Both the position numbers and the translations under genes were made by a program. Of a stretch of 64,000 bases of DNA, positions 55,186-64,000 are shown piece after piece. This DNA is from Candidatus Omnitrophota bacterium. GTDB lineage: Bacteria; Omnitrophota; Gorgyraeia; B26-G9. Location of the stretch: assembly GCA_016213925.1 (NCBI GenBank), contig JACQZH010000007.1, positions 30,951 to 94,950 on the forward strand. The letters are read 5' to 3'. The notes beneath the pieces were generated by a model. That model ran no database searches. It was not told the DNA's origin and saw only the letters and a list, made by a program, of their open reading frames with translations. The first letter of the stretch is position 1; every line of letters begins with the position of its first letter.

Positions 55186-55875
55186 ATGGAAGAAAAGAGA
55201 AAATTTACCCGTATTCAAGCTCTAAAAGAAGTGCGTTATAAGCACAAGGAGAGTAAAGACCTTATGGCTACTGTTCCGGTAAGAGATCTTAGCCTTATCG
55301 GGATCAGCATATACGCGCAGCGTAAATTTGATAGGGGGGAAAAACTGGAACTGGACATAACATTCCCCGGAGAGTCATTGCCGACGAGAGTAAGCGGAGA
55401 AGTCAGGTGGCAGTTAACCGATGAAGATAATAACTTTATAACCGGAGTGAGGTTTTTTGGCGTTGATGATGACGCGCAAAAACGGCTGACTAATTTTATA
55501 GACAAACATATATCCAGCAATGTTGAGCACAGGACTGCTGTGCGGTGCAAGCTGGAAGTTGAGGTTCAGTACGCTTTGCTTGAGAGCCCGGGAAAAACAT
55601 ATACAGCAAAAGCTGTGGACATAAGTAAGGGCGGAATGCGTATCAGGGTAAAGGAAAGAATTGAAAAAGGGCAATATTTAAAATTAAACCTTAGGCTCCC
55701 GAGTTATACTGATATAATGCAGATTGAAGGCAAAATTGTCTGGCTGCGCCCAGGCGATAGCGTTTACAAACAGGAAGCGGGAATAATTTTTTCGCAAATT
55801 TCCGATTTGGATAAAAAACTGATTTTGAGGTTTGTTGAAAGACAGTGCGAAAAAGAATTAAAAAGGAGCAATTAG
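55186..55875 (+). CDS. Tandem PilZ-domain protein (paralog of 53062). Start set at the internal ATG 55186.
   Basis: EKRKFTRIQ ... DLSLIGISI and EHRTAVRCK ... DISKGGMRI. Confidence 0.7.
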   Translation: MEEKRKFTRIQALKEVRYKHKESKDLMATVPVRDLSLIGISIYAQRKFDRGEKLELDITFPGESLPTRVSGEVRWQLTDEDNNFITGVRFFGVDDDAQKRLTNFIDKHISSNVEHRTAVRCKLEVEVQYALLESPGKTYTAKAVDISKGGMRIRVKERIEKGQYLKLNLRLPSYTDIMQIEGKIVWLRPGDSVYKQEAGIIFSQISDLDKKLILRFVERQCEKELKRSN

Positions 55876-55879
55876 GCAG

Positions 55880-56377
55880 ATGCGTAAGGTGTTTCTGGGG
55901 GTATTATTAGTTTTCTTGACGGGAGGGCTTGGTGTGGCAGAAGATATTACTAAAAAAGATATGATTGTTGTTTTAGAGACAACTCAGGGAAATATTGAAC
56001 TTAAGCTTATGCCTGAGATTGCTCCAAAAACTTGCGAAAATTTTATTAAGTTAGTAGAGAAAGGGTATTATAACGGTATAATCTTTGGTTTTAGCGGCCA
56101 GTCATTTTGGGGCAAGCCTTTTGCAGATGAATTTTCGCCAAAAGCAAGCTTTAACCGCAAGGGAATTTTGGCAATGGCCAATGCCGGGCCGAATACCAAT
56201 GGAAGCCAATTTTTTATTACGACAACAGAAACTCCCTGGCTTAATTCTAAACATACTATTTTCGGGGAAGTGAGCAATGGCTATGAAATTGTTAAGGCTA
56301 TTGAGAATACGCAAACAGACGCTGCGGATAAACCGGTCATAGAACAAAAAATCATCAAAGCGCATCTTAAAGAATAA
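55880..56377 (+). CDS. Cyclophilin-type peptidyl-prolyl isomerase homolog with signal peptide, lacking the segment that normally carries the catalytic Arg (about 18 aa missing in frame).
   Basis: ILAMANAGPNTNGSQFFITT is canonical. However, YNGIIF is followed directly by GFSGQSFWGKPFADEF, so the FHRVIPGFMIQGGD block is absent. Confidence 0.8.
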   Translation: MRKVFLGVLLVFLTGGLGVAEDITKKDMIVVLETTQGNIELKLMPEIAPKTCENFIKLVEKGYYNGIIFGFSGQSFWGKPFADEFSPKASFNRKGILAMANAGPNTNGSQFFITTTETPWLNSKHTIFGEVSNGYEIVKAIENTQTDAADKPVIEQKIIKAHLKE

Positions 56378-56382
56378 GTTTT

Positions 56383-58809
56383 TTAGATGCTTTGTCCAAT
56401 CAGGGTTTGCTGAGTATTCAAATGCTGTTTAGTTATAGTAATATTAGCTGGAACGGCTTTTTGCAAAACAGCTGCGGGATTAGGCTGTTCAGCGGCAAAA
56501 GGTAAATAAATCGTAAAACATGACCCTTTCCCTTCTCCCTCGCTTGTTACTTCCATATATCCGTTCATTTTTTCAAGCAAAGGAAGCACTGAAGCTAAGC
56601 CGATTGCAGAGCCTTCGATCTGGGGGTTAGTTTCGGATTGGCCTAAACGGTCAAAGCGTTGCCCGACGCGGTAGAGATTTTCTTTGGCAATGCCAATACC
56701 GGTATCGGAAATACTGACGCTGATTACTTGATTATTATTCCGTGTTGAGGCCTCAAGCGCGGCTTTAACAGTGATTGTTCCTCCTTGAGGAGAATATTTA
56801 ACCGCGTTGCTTAACAGATTAAAAATAATGCGCCTAAACGCGTCTTCGTTAACAAAACCGGTTAGAGATTGTTTGATGTCAATATCCAAACTGAAATTTT
56901 TGGCAGACGCATATTCGATATGAGGCCGGTTCTGTTCGACGCATTCACTAAGCAACTGTGAAATATTTCCGGATTTTACGTTAAGCTGTGAAGTTGAGGC
57001 GTCCGGGGTATTTAATTTGCTGAAAAACGCATCATTAAGCTTTGATATCTTTGGCGATTCGTTTACTATGATCGTAATGTATTGTTTGATAGTTTCCGGC
57101 AGGGAGCTTGAAATAGATTCATCGCTTATAAGCGCTTCAAAAGCATTCACCGCATCTTGAAATTCAATAAAGGCTTTTTTGTATTCCGCGGCAAAATCAT
57201 AGAATATGCTTGAAGTTTGCCTGATCAGAAATTCTAATTTTTCTTCGCTGATTATCCTTAAAAGGTTTTCAAGTTGAGCGGTTGAAGTGAGGTATTCTTT
57301 TGCCGCGTGATATAAAGCTTCTTCCAAGAGCCCGATATTACGGTTTGTTTTAAAAAACGGCTTAGTTTGCGCGTGCAGCGCTTCAAGGATACGAAATGAG
57401 GATGCCTTAAGCAGATTTTTTTGCAATATCTGCCATACGGATAAAATTTCTTCTTCCGAAGCTGATTCGTTTTGCAGGTGCTCCGGAAGCAGTGCGATTG
57501 TTTCCTGCGCAGCAGCGGATTCTTTTAATTCAGGAGAATCTTTTGCCGGAGATTCTTCAGAAAGCTCCTTAAGTTTTTGTTCGAAATCATGGATCAACTG
57601 TTTAAGATTTAATAAAAAAGAACGCTCCTGTTTGGCAGCGTGAAATAGCCCGAACATCGGCAGTAAGATACTGATTTTTTTTTCAAAGCTTTTAATGGAG
57701 TTTTCTAAAATAACAGCTTTTTCCTTGATTAAAACGCAGGCAGTTTTGACTTTTTCAAGTTCAGGATTTTCCGCGAGGTTTTCGGTGGTAATTTTTCTAT
57801 TTGTCCTGTCGGCAAACCCGGCAGTAACAATTAACGGGTTTTTTGTATCATGCAGGAACGCTTCTGCTTCAAATAATGTGCTGATAGCGTGCAGTTGTCT
57901 TAATTTATCGTCTAAGCCCATAGTTGAATAAGCAAGCTCCTTTTTTGCGCGTAAAAGCTGAAGCGCAAGGCCGGTTTGATCGGAAATTGCCTGCAAGAGA
58001 ATAAGTTTTTCTTTCTTTGCCTGTTCGTTTTCAAACAAGGCTTCTCCTGTTTTCCAATTGTTAATAAGTATTTGCGCTATGGGGGAGTCGTTTTTATCCA
58101 GAACCGCAAAATGAAGAGATTCGTTTACGCGGTTAAGCCAGTCCGGGCGTATTTTCCCGACAAGCCAGATCCCCAATTTTGCGGGATAAACGCAGAAGGG
58201 AATAGAAAAATCGATAAAAGAAAAAATCGCTTTGCGGAAAAATGAGGATGACTCAAACCGGTATAAAAATATGTCCTTAAAAAGCCAGGGAGTGTATACA
58301 TCGGTGCTTTCGCTTCTTTTTTTAATGTGAAGATAAGGCGATTCTCTGCGGGCATTTTTTAAGTTATTAATTTTTTCGTCATTATCCGGCAAAGGGCTCC
58401 AGCTTACCTGCCAGCGCCTTCCTCCTTTCATGCCGTGGCGCAGAACTGTGCGTAAAGAAAATCCATTCCCCATGGGTTCGTGTTTTTTTACGATATAAAA
58501 GGCAACTCCCTTAAAACCTAATATCCGTGTGATATAATCTTTAACCAGGTCGGCAACCTGTTCTTCATTCTCAGCCTGAAGCAGCCAACCGCTTAATTGG
58601 GAAAGATGTTCATACTGGTTTTTTGACGATGGAATCCTACTGCTGTAAATAGAGGCAAAGGTATCTTTATACGTATTTGTCTTCAGGTTTAATTCCGGGG
58701 AAAGGCAGTATTTTTGCCAAGAGGCGTTTGCTCCGGCAAAACAATCCGCTGCGATTGACTGAACAATAAAGGCGCTGACAACAAATAAAGTTAAAATTTT
58801 TATTTTCAT
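56383..58809 (-). CDS. Sensor histidine kinase with a large N-terminal extracytoplasmic/sensor region.
   Basis: H-box LHDTKNPL, N-box FNLLSNAVKYS, G1 ISDTGIGI, and a signal peptide. Confidence 0.8.
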   Translation of the reverse strand: MKIKILTLFVVSAFIVQSIAADCFAGANASWQKYCLSPELNLKTNTYKDTFASIYSSRIPSSKNQYEHLSQLSGWLLQAENEEQVADLVKDYITRILGFKGVAFYIVKKHEPMGNGFSLRTVLRHGMKGGRRWQVSWSPLPDNDEKINNLKNARRESPYLHIKKRSESTDVYTPWLFKDIFLYRFESSSFFRKAIFSFIDFSIPFCVYPAKLGIWLVGKIRPDWLNRVNESLHFAVLDKNDSPIAQILINNWKTGEALFENEQAKKEKLILLQAISDQTGLALQLLRAKKELAYSTMGLDDKLRQLHAISTLFEAEAFLHDTKNPLIVTAGFADRTNRKITTENLAENPELEKVKTACVLIKEKAVILENSIKSFEKKISILLPMFGLFHAAKQERSFLLNLKQLIHDFEQKLKELSEESPAKDSPELKESAAAQETIALLPEHLQNESASEEEILSVWQILQKNLLKASSFRILEALHAQTKPFFKTNRNIGLLEEALYHAAKEYLTSTAQLENLLRIISEEKLEFLIRQTSSIFYDFAAEYKKAFIEFQDAVNAFEALISDESISSSLPETIKQYITIIVNESPKISKLNDAFFSKLNTPDASTSQLNVKSGNISQLLSECVEQNRPHIEYASAKNFSLDIDIKQSLTGFVNEDAFRRIIFNLLSNAVKYSPQGGTITVKAALEASTRNNNQVISVSISDTGIGIAKENLYRVGQRFDRLGQSETNPQIEGSAIGLASVLPLLEKMNGYMEVTSEGEGKGSCFTIYLPFAAEQPNPAAVLQKAVPANITITKQHLNTQQTLIGQSI

Positions 58810-59087
58810 GTATTTACCTTAAAAAAACAATGGGTATAATAATATATTTATTATACTAAAAAATATGTAAAGTGTGTAAGTTTACCATATCTTTTGGTAT
58901 TTTGCAAACCAGAAGAGGTGTGTTATAATCAAGAAGGCTGTCCTTTGGCGTAAGGCAGCGGCAAAATCATATAAATAAATAGGATACAACGCGGGTTACT
59001 TGATAGCCGCAAGGCCGGTGACTTTCCGTTATAATCAAGGCAGATAGGCAGTCCGCGGGGTTCCGCTTTAAAAGGGGTGAAGATATT

Positions 59088-59480
59088 TTGACAGACGAAC
59101 GCAGGAAAAATCGTAGAGTAATTCAAGGCCATGAGATAAGCTTTCTGATTATTGACAAAACAAACCCGGGAAAACTTTCCGCTAAAGATGTGTTGGTTTT
59201 TCGCCAGGCGCTGCTTTTGGATGTTTCTTCGACAGGCTTGAGCATAGAGACAGAAGAATTAAACGAACAATGGATCCCTTTTTTTGAGTCAGGGGAGTTT
59301 CTTGTCGGGGTTTGTATTCAGCTTGTAAGCGGCGCGGAACCGGTTTGCGCGCTTACCAAAACAATGTGGATAAAAGATTCTGCTTCAAAAAGAAGGACGC
59401 AAATACTGGGTTTGAAGCTTATTAACATCAGCAGCGTAGATATGATAAAAATCAGGAATATTATAATCAGACATGGCTAA
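59088..59480 (+). CDS. Single PilZ-domain protein.
   Basis: RRKNRRV ... DVSSTGLSI. Confidence 0.55.
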   Translation: MTDERRKNRRVIQGHEISFLIIDKTNPGKLSAKDVLVFRQALLLDVSSTGLSIETEELNEQWIPFFESGEFLVGVCIQLVSGAEPVCALTKTMWIKDSASKRRTQILGLKLINISSVDMIKIRNIIIRHG

Positions 59481-59506
59481 ATCGAAGAAAAAAAGGCAAG
59501 CAGGGT

Positions 59507-60163
59507 ATGGATAGTACCAATGGTACAAAAGAGCTGTTTATTTTTGATTTAGACGGCACGCTGGTTGACGCGTATAAAGCGATAGAGCAGAGCTTGAATT
59601 TTACGAGGAAAAAACTTGGTTATAGTAAAGTTAGTTATGCGGCGGTAAAAAAAAATATCGGCAACGGAGACAGGAATTTTATCGCGGTTTTTTTTCCTCC
59701 GCAGGATGTGGAAAATGCCCTAGCGCTCTACCGCAGGCATCATAAAGGAGCGCTTAAAAAATATTCCTATTTAAAACCGTATGCTAAAGTGCTGCTTTTA
59801 CGCTTAAAACAAGGAAAAAAAATCACAGCGATTGCTTCTAACCGGCCCGCGGCTTATACAAAAGTCATTATCAAGGCAGTAGGCATCGATAAATATCTGG
59901 ATTATGTCCTTTGCGCTGACCAGATTAACAGCCTTAAGCCCAAACCAAAAATTTTATACGAGATTTTAAAAAAATTTAAAATAAAAAAACATCAGGCAGT
60001 TTATGTTGGAGACATGGATGTTGATATGCAAACCGCGGAGCGCGCGAAAATAGAGGCCTTATTTATTGCCGGAGGCTCAAGCTCGATAAAAGATGTTAAA
60101 AAATATAAAAATAAAAAAGTTATCTATTCGTTAAAAGATGTTTTAAAATATTGCCGGAATTAA
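59507..60163 (+). CDS. HAD-superfamily hydrolase (phosphoglycolate phosphatase-like).
   Basis: FIFDLDGTLVD motif I, and GD-x-x-D motif near the C-terminus (VGDMDVDM). Confidence 0.8.
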   Translation: MDSTNGTKELFIFDLDGTLVDAYKAIEQSLNFTRKKLGYSKVSYAAVKKNIGNGDRNFIAVFFPPQDVENALALYRRHHKGALKKYSYLKPYAKVLLLRLKQGKKITAIASNRPAAYTKVIIKAVGIDKYLDYVLCADQINSLKPKPKILYEILKKFKIKKHQAVYVGDMDVDMQTAERAKIEALFIAGGSSSIKDVKKYKNKKVIYSLKDVLKYCRN

Positions 60164-60179
60164 CCAAAAGAACCGCGAT

Positions 60180-60932
60180 ATGCGTATTGTAAAAATCGTC
60201 CATAAAACTAAGCCAAGCTGGGGCATTGTCAAAGCGGACAGGGTTATACTGCTCAAAGGCGATCCTTTTGAGCGGATATCATGCGCCGGAGAATCAATTG
60301 CTTTGGCGCAGGCAAGGTTTTTGGCGCCTGCCGCTGCCAGTAAGATTGTTCTGGCCGGATTGAATTATAAAGGCCATGCCGGAGAGCTGGGCATGAAAAT
60401 TCCTAAAGAGCCGGTAATCTTTTTAAAGCCGGTGACTTCTTTGATTGCGCACAAAGATAATATTATTTACCCAAAAGGGGTAATCAGGCTGGATTATGAA
60501 GCGGAACTTGCCGCGGTTATAAGAAAAAAAGCGAAAAACATCGCCGAAAAAAAGGTAAAGGAGTATATTTTAGGGTATACTTGCTTAAATGATGTTACTG
60601 CGCGTGATTTACAGAAAAAAGACGCTCAATGGACAAGAGCAAAATCCTTTGACACCTTTTGTCCGTGCGGCCCATGGCTTGAAACAGAAATAGATCCAGC
60701 TTCTTTGGCGGTAAAATCATATCTTAATGGTAAATTAAAGCAGGATTCAAATACTTCTAATTTTATCTTTTCTTTGGAATGTCTGGTTGCTTTTATTTCC
60801 CGGATTATGACGCTTCTCCCCGGTGATATTATCTCTACCGGTACTCCTCCGGGAGTCGGGAAGATGAAGCCTGGTGATTGCATAGAAGTATGCATTGAAG
60901 GCATTGGCACATTAAGCAACCGGGTTGCGTAG
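60180..60932 (+). CDS. Fumarylacetoacetate hydrolase (FAH) family protein.
   Basis: DYEAELAAVI, TCLNDVTARDLQ and PPGVG motifs. Confidence 0.85.
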   Translation: MRIVKIVHKTKPSWGIVKADRVILLKGDPFERISCAGESIALAQARFLAPAAASKIVLAGLNYKGHAGELGMKIPKEPVIFLKPVTSLIAHKDNIIYPKGVIRLDYEAELAAVIRKKAKNIAEKKVKEYILGYTCLNDVTARDLQKKDAQWTRAKSFDTFCPCGPWLETEIDPASLAVKSYLNGKLKQDSNTSNFIFSLECLVAFISRIMTLLPGDIISTGTPPGVGKMKPGDCIEVCIEGIGTLSNRVA

Positions 60933-61045
60933 GGGGATAAAGGGAATAGAAAAAATCAATGAACTATGAGTCAATAACTATGAACTAAGCGGCCTGCGCG
61001 CAACACTTCAATTGACAGCAAAAAATCTTAGCAGTATACTATTGA

Positions 61046-61084
61046 ATACCTCCATGGATGGGTTATCTGTGGAGGTATTTTTTA
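61046..61084 (+). terminator. Rho-independent terminator (atacctcca ... tggaggtat + T6).
   Basis: Read directly. A TTGACA-17-TATACT promoter-like pair (61011-61039) sits immediately upstream. Confidence 0.55.
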
Positions 61085-61102
61085 ACCAAAAAATAGGAGG
61101 TT

Positions 61103-61936
61103 GTGATGATCAAGAAAATTTTAATTGGGATATTTGTTTTTATAGCGGCGCTTGTGTTTATTTTGGCTGTGGGTAAAAATATTATCATAAAAAAAACCGT
61201 GACATCAGGGGTCAAGGTTGTCACTGGATTAGATATGAAGATTGACAAGATTAATGTCGGGGTAATGAATTCTTTGCTGAATATTGAAGGGCTGAAGCTG
61301 TTTAACCCTGAAGGTTTTGAAGATAAGCTGATGGTTGATTTGCCGGAAATTTTCGTTGACTATGATCTGGAGGCTTTTTTTAAGGAAAAGGCTGTGCATC
61401 TTCAGGAGGTCCGCCTTAATCTGAATGAATTTACGGTTATAAAAAACAAAGAAGGTGTTTTAAACCTTGATTCGCTTAAACCTGTACAAAGCGCAAAAAA
61501 AGAGCAGGAAGAGCCTAATCTGGCGGAAGAAGAACCTAAGCAAAAACAAGATATGCCGAAAATTAAGATCGATAAGCTAAAACTTAAGATAGGCAAGGTA
61601 ATAACAAAAGATTACAGCGCTAAAGGAGAGCCGGTAATTAATGAATTTAATATTAATATTGACGAAACTTTTGAAAACATTACCGATCCGAATGAAATAG
61701 TTAAGATTATCTTAAAAAAAGTATTACCGAAACTTTCCGCCCAGTTTTTAAAGAATGCTGTTTCCGGCGGCGTTGAAAGTATGCTTAAAGAATCAAAAGA
61801 GTTAGTAGGAGATGCCGCGGAAGATGTTTTGGGGCTGGGAAAGGATGCCGGAGGAAAAACACTGGGTATGACAAAAGAAGCGGCGAAGAATTTGAATAAA
61901 AGCCTGAAAAATCTTTTACCTATAGGCAAACGATAA
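61103..61936 (+). CDS. Membrane-anchored Lys-rich protein with an AsmA-like N-terminal region.
   Basis: Signal anchor and AsmA-like N-terminal pattern; low specificity. Confidence 0.4.
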   Translation: MMIKKILIGIFVFIAALVFILAVGKNIIIKKTVTSGVKVVTGLDMKIDKINVGVMNSLLNIEGLKLFNPEGFEDKLMVDLPEIFVDYDLEAFFKEKAVHLQEVRLNLNEFTVIKNKEGVLNLDSLKPVQSAKKEQEEPNLAEEEPKQKQDMPKIKIDKLKLKIGKVITKDYSAKGEPVINEFNINIDETFENITDPNEIVKIILKKVLPKLSAQFLKNAVSGGVESMLKESKELVGDAAEDVLGLGKDAGGKTLGMTKEAAKNLNKSLKNLLPIGKR

Positions 61937-61995
61937 ACGCGGCGGGGATAATCCCAAATTTTGGGATAATTGAAAAAAGCAAATTTTAACAAAGG

Positions 61996-63330
61996 ATGAT
62001 TCTTATGTTTTCTAAATTGGTTAATTTTATAACTACGGATATTTGGCGTATAAGAGTAAGAACGTTGCCCAGAAGAAAATCATTTGTGCTTAAGCCGCTG
62101 ATGATTCTTATCCTTGCCTTCAAAAATTTTACCGATGATAAATGCCAGCTGCGCGCCGCATCGCTGACGTTTTATTCCTTGCTTTCCATTGTTCCGGTTG
62201 TGGCCATGGCGTTTGGCATTGCCAAAGGTTTTGGTTTTGAAAAAATGCTTGAGCAGACATTGATCCAGAGGCTTCCCGGGCAGGAAGAGGTTATAACGCA
62301 GATCATTGGGTTCGCGCATTCCTTGCTTGAGAATACAAAAGGAGGTTTAATTGCCGGCATTGGCGTTGCGGTGTTGTTTTGGACAGTGATTAAGGTTTTG
62401 GGAAACATCGAGAAATCGTTCAATGATATCTGGGGCATAAAAAAATCAAGGGACATGGGAAGAAGGTTCAGCGATTACCTTTCAATCATGCTGATTTGCC
62501 CTTTGTTGTTTATCATTTCAAGCAGCGCGACGGTTTTGATTGCGTCGCAAGTACAGCTGATAATGGGAAAAATCGCTTTGCTGGGAGTATTCAGCCCGAT
62601 GATTTTGCTGTCGTTGAAAGTGCTTCCGTTTGTCGTGATTTGGATACTGTTTAGTTTTATTTATGTCTTTATGCCGAATACAAAAGTGTATTTGAAGTCC
62701 GGAATTATCGGCGGGGTCATTGCCGGGACAGTTTATCAATTTGTGCAGGCAGCTTATATCACTTTTCAGGTTGGCGTGGCAAAACATAACGCGATTTACG
62801 GCAGTTTTGCCGCTTTGCCGTTATTCCTTGCCTGGCTGCAGACAAGCTGGCTGATCGTGCTCTTCGGCGCGGAAATCTCTTTTGCGCGCCAGAATTTAGA
62901 GACCTATGAGTTTGAACCGGACTGCCTTAGAGTAAGCAATCGTTTTAAGACATTGTTGAGCATTGAGATAGTTAACGTGATTTTTAAGAATTTTTGTAAA
63001 GGAGAAAAACCCTGGACAGCAAGTAAAATTTCCCATGAGCTTGAGGTTCCGATCCGGCTTGCGCGGCAGGTGATTTTTGAATTGGTTGAGGTAGGGATAT
63101 TATCGGAAATAAAAGAAGCAAACGCGGAAGGCATAGCTTACCAGCCTGCGCGTTCCACGAAAGATGTTACCATAAAAGATGTTATTACGCAGTTAGAGCA
63201 AAAAGGCACGGACAATATTCCAATACGCAAATCTAAATCCTGGCAAAACATTGTTGAGGCTGTGCAGGTATTTGATAAGACAGCGGCAAAGTCCGCGGCA
63301 AACATCCGCATAGAAGATATCAGCGGATAA
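61996..63330 (+). CDS. YihY/BrkB-family (virulence factor BrkB / tRNA-processing RNase BN-like) integral membrane protein with a C-terminal soluble extension.
   Basis: CQLRAASLTFYSLLSIVP family N-terminal signature; 6 TM helices. Confidence 0.75.
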   Translation: MILMFSKLVNFITTDIWRIRVRTLPRRKSFVLKPLMILILAFKNFTDDKCQLRAASLTFYSLLSIVPVVAMAFGIAKGFGFEKMLEQTLIQRLPGQEEVITQIIGFAHSLLENTKGGLIAGIGVAVLFWTVIKVLGNIEKSFNDIWGIKKSRDMGRRFSDYLSIMLICPLLFIISSSATVLIASQVQLIMGKIALLGVFSPMILLSLKVLPFVVIWILFSFIYVFMPNTKVYLKSGIIGGVIAGTVYQFVQAAYITFQVGVAKHNAIYGSFAALPLFLAWLQTSWLIVLFGAEISFARQNLETYEFEPDCLRVSNRFKTLLSIEIVNVIFKNFCKGEKPWTASKISHELEVPIRLARQVIFELVEVGILSEIKEANAEGIAYQPARSTKDVTIKDVITQLEQKGTDNIPIRKSKSWQNIVEAVQVFDKTAAKSAANIRIEDISG

Positions 63331-63345
63331 AATTTATAATACTCA

Positions 63346-63864
63346 ATGAATGCCTGCAAAAAAAGATTAAACGATAAGTTAACCCGCCTTAAAAGATGCC
63401 TTGCTGATATGGGCAGCGCGCTTATTGCTTTTTCAGGAGGTGTAGACAGCGCTTTTTTGCTTAAAGTTGCTAAAGATGTTTTGCGGGAGAATGTTTTAGC
63501 GGTAACCGCAACTTCTTCGACTTATCCTTTGCATGAATTTAGCCAGGCGAAAAAACTGGCAAAGAAGTTAAATACCGAACATTTGATCGTTATTTCAGAG
63601 GAGCTTGAAAGCCGCCAGTTTCGTAAAAATGACAAAGACCGCTGTTATTGGTGTAAGAAAGAGTTATTTTCTAAATTACTAAAAATCGCGAAGAAACACC
63701 GGATGGCATATGTGCTTGATGGCGCGACATTTGAGGACACCAAAGATTACCGCCCCGGTATGCGAGCTGCAAGCGAGCTGGGAGTGAGAAGCCCGTTAAA
63801 AGAGCTAAAATTCAATAAAACAGAAATCCGCCTGCAGAGTTCCGTATGGGGCGAAGATAACTAG
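63346..63864 (+). pseudogene. PP-loop ATPase of the LarE/TIGR00268 family, apparently disrupted near 63815-63865. The C-terminal homology continues in the +1 frame to the window end.
   Basis: SGGVDS PP-loop. After the TAG at 63862, the +1 frame reads KSACRVPYGAKITSAELERIDKAE ... LRLRHHGAIARIEV, which matches the family C-terminus. A linker of about 15 aa expected between the two parts is missing. Confidence 0.5.
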
Positions 63865-64000
63865 CGCAGAACTGGAGAGGATTGATAAGGCTGAAAGCAT
63901 ATTACGTTCTTTTGGTTTAAAGCAGCTGCGCTTAAGGCACCATGGCGCAATAGCCAGGATAGAGGTTAATCCGGAGGATATTAGTAAATTAACAGAACCA

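Noticed and set aside
1-64000. rRNA, tmRNA, RNase P, SRP RNA and riboswitches.
   Set aside because: No sequence stretch with recognisable conserved cores of these RNAs was seen. The structured intergenic repeats (R2, modules A/B) are flagged as findings but cannot be assigned to known RNA families without a covariance-model search.

Overview
This 64-kb window is bacterial chromosome, moderately AT-rich by eye and almost entirely + strand. Housekeeping genes (fusA, glgP, mutS-mutL, def, thyX, cyclophilin, MFS transporter) are interleaved with accessory and regulatory content. The clearly supported features are one tRNA-Ser(CGA) gene and about 55 protein-coding genes. These include a papain-like C1 peptidase, an HD-GYP response regulator followed by a GH16/discoidin glucanase, RidA, and a diheme cytochrome c paired with a 986-aa secreted protein. 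They also include two sensor kinases with receivers, a PilV/PilW/PilX-like minor-pilin cluster, three PilZ proteins, an ECF sigma factor with a fused zinc-finger tail, nitroreductase, HAD, FAH and YihY/BrkB genes. The most noteworthy accessory content is as follows. (1) A Panacea-domain (SocA/DUF4065) antitoxin-like gene overlaps an uncharacterised 169-aa partner by 8 nt, behind a leaderless promoter. (2) A block downstream of tRNA-Ser looks like a small island: a Bro-N/DinD-like gene, two membrane proteins, an XRE regulator translationally coupled to a disrupted Schlafen/AlbA_2-HATPase_c_4 gene, and a fused HTH-GHKL-STAS protein. (3) A RelE/ParE-family toxin-antitoxin (TA) pair sits inside a nested set of dispersed intergenic repeats. 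(4) A stand-alone LysW-like zinc-ribbon protein with no lysine-pathway partners. (5) Several proteins show internal oddities: a cyclophilin with an in-frame deletion of the active-site segment, a def homolog with QExxH in place of HExxH, and a tandem ThyX whose two halves each keep half of the signature motif. (6) Two unrelated secreted proteins share a C-terminal module of about 50 aa. Three genes carry frameshifts or an in-frame stop. No CRISPR array, rRNA, integrase or transposase was recognised.
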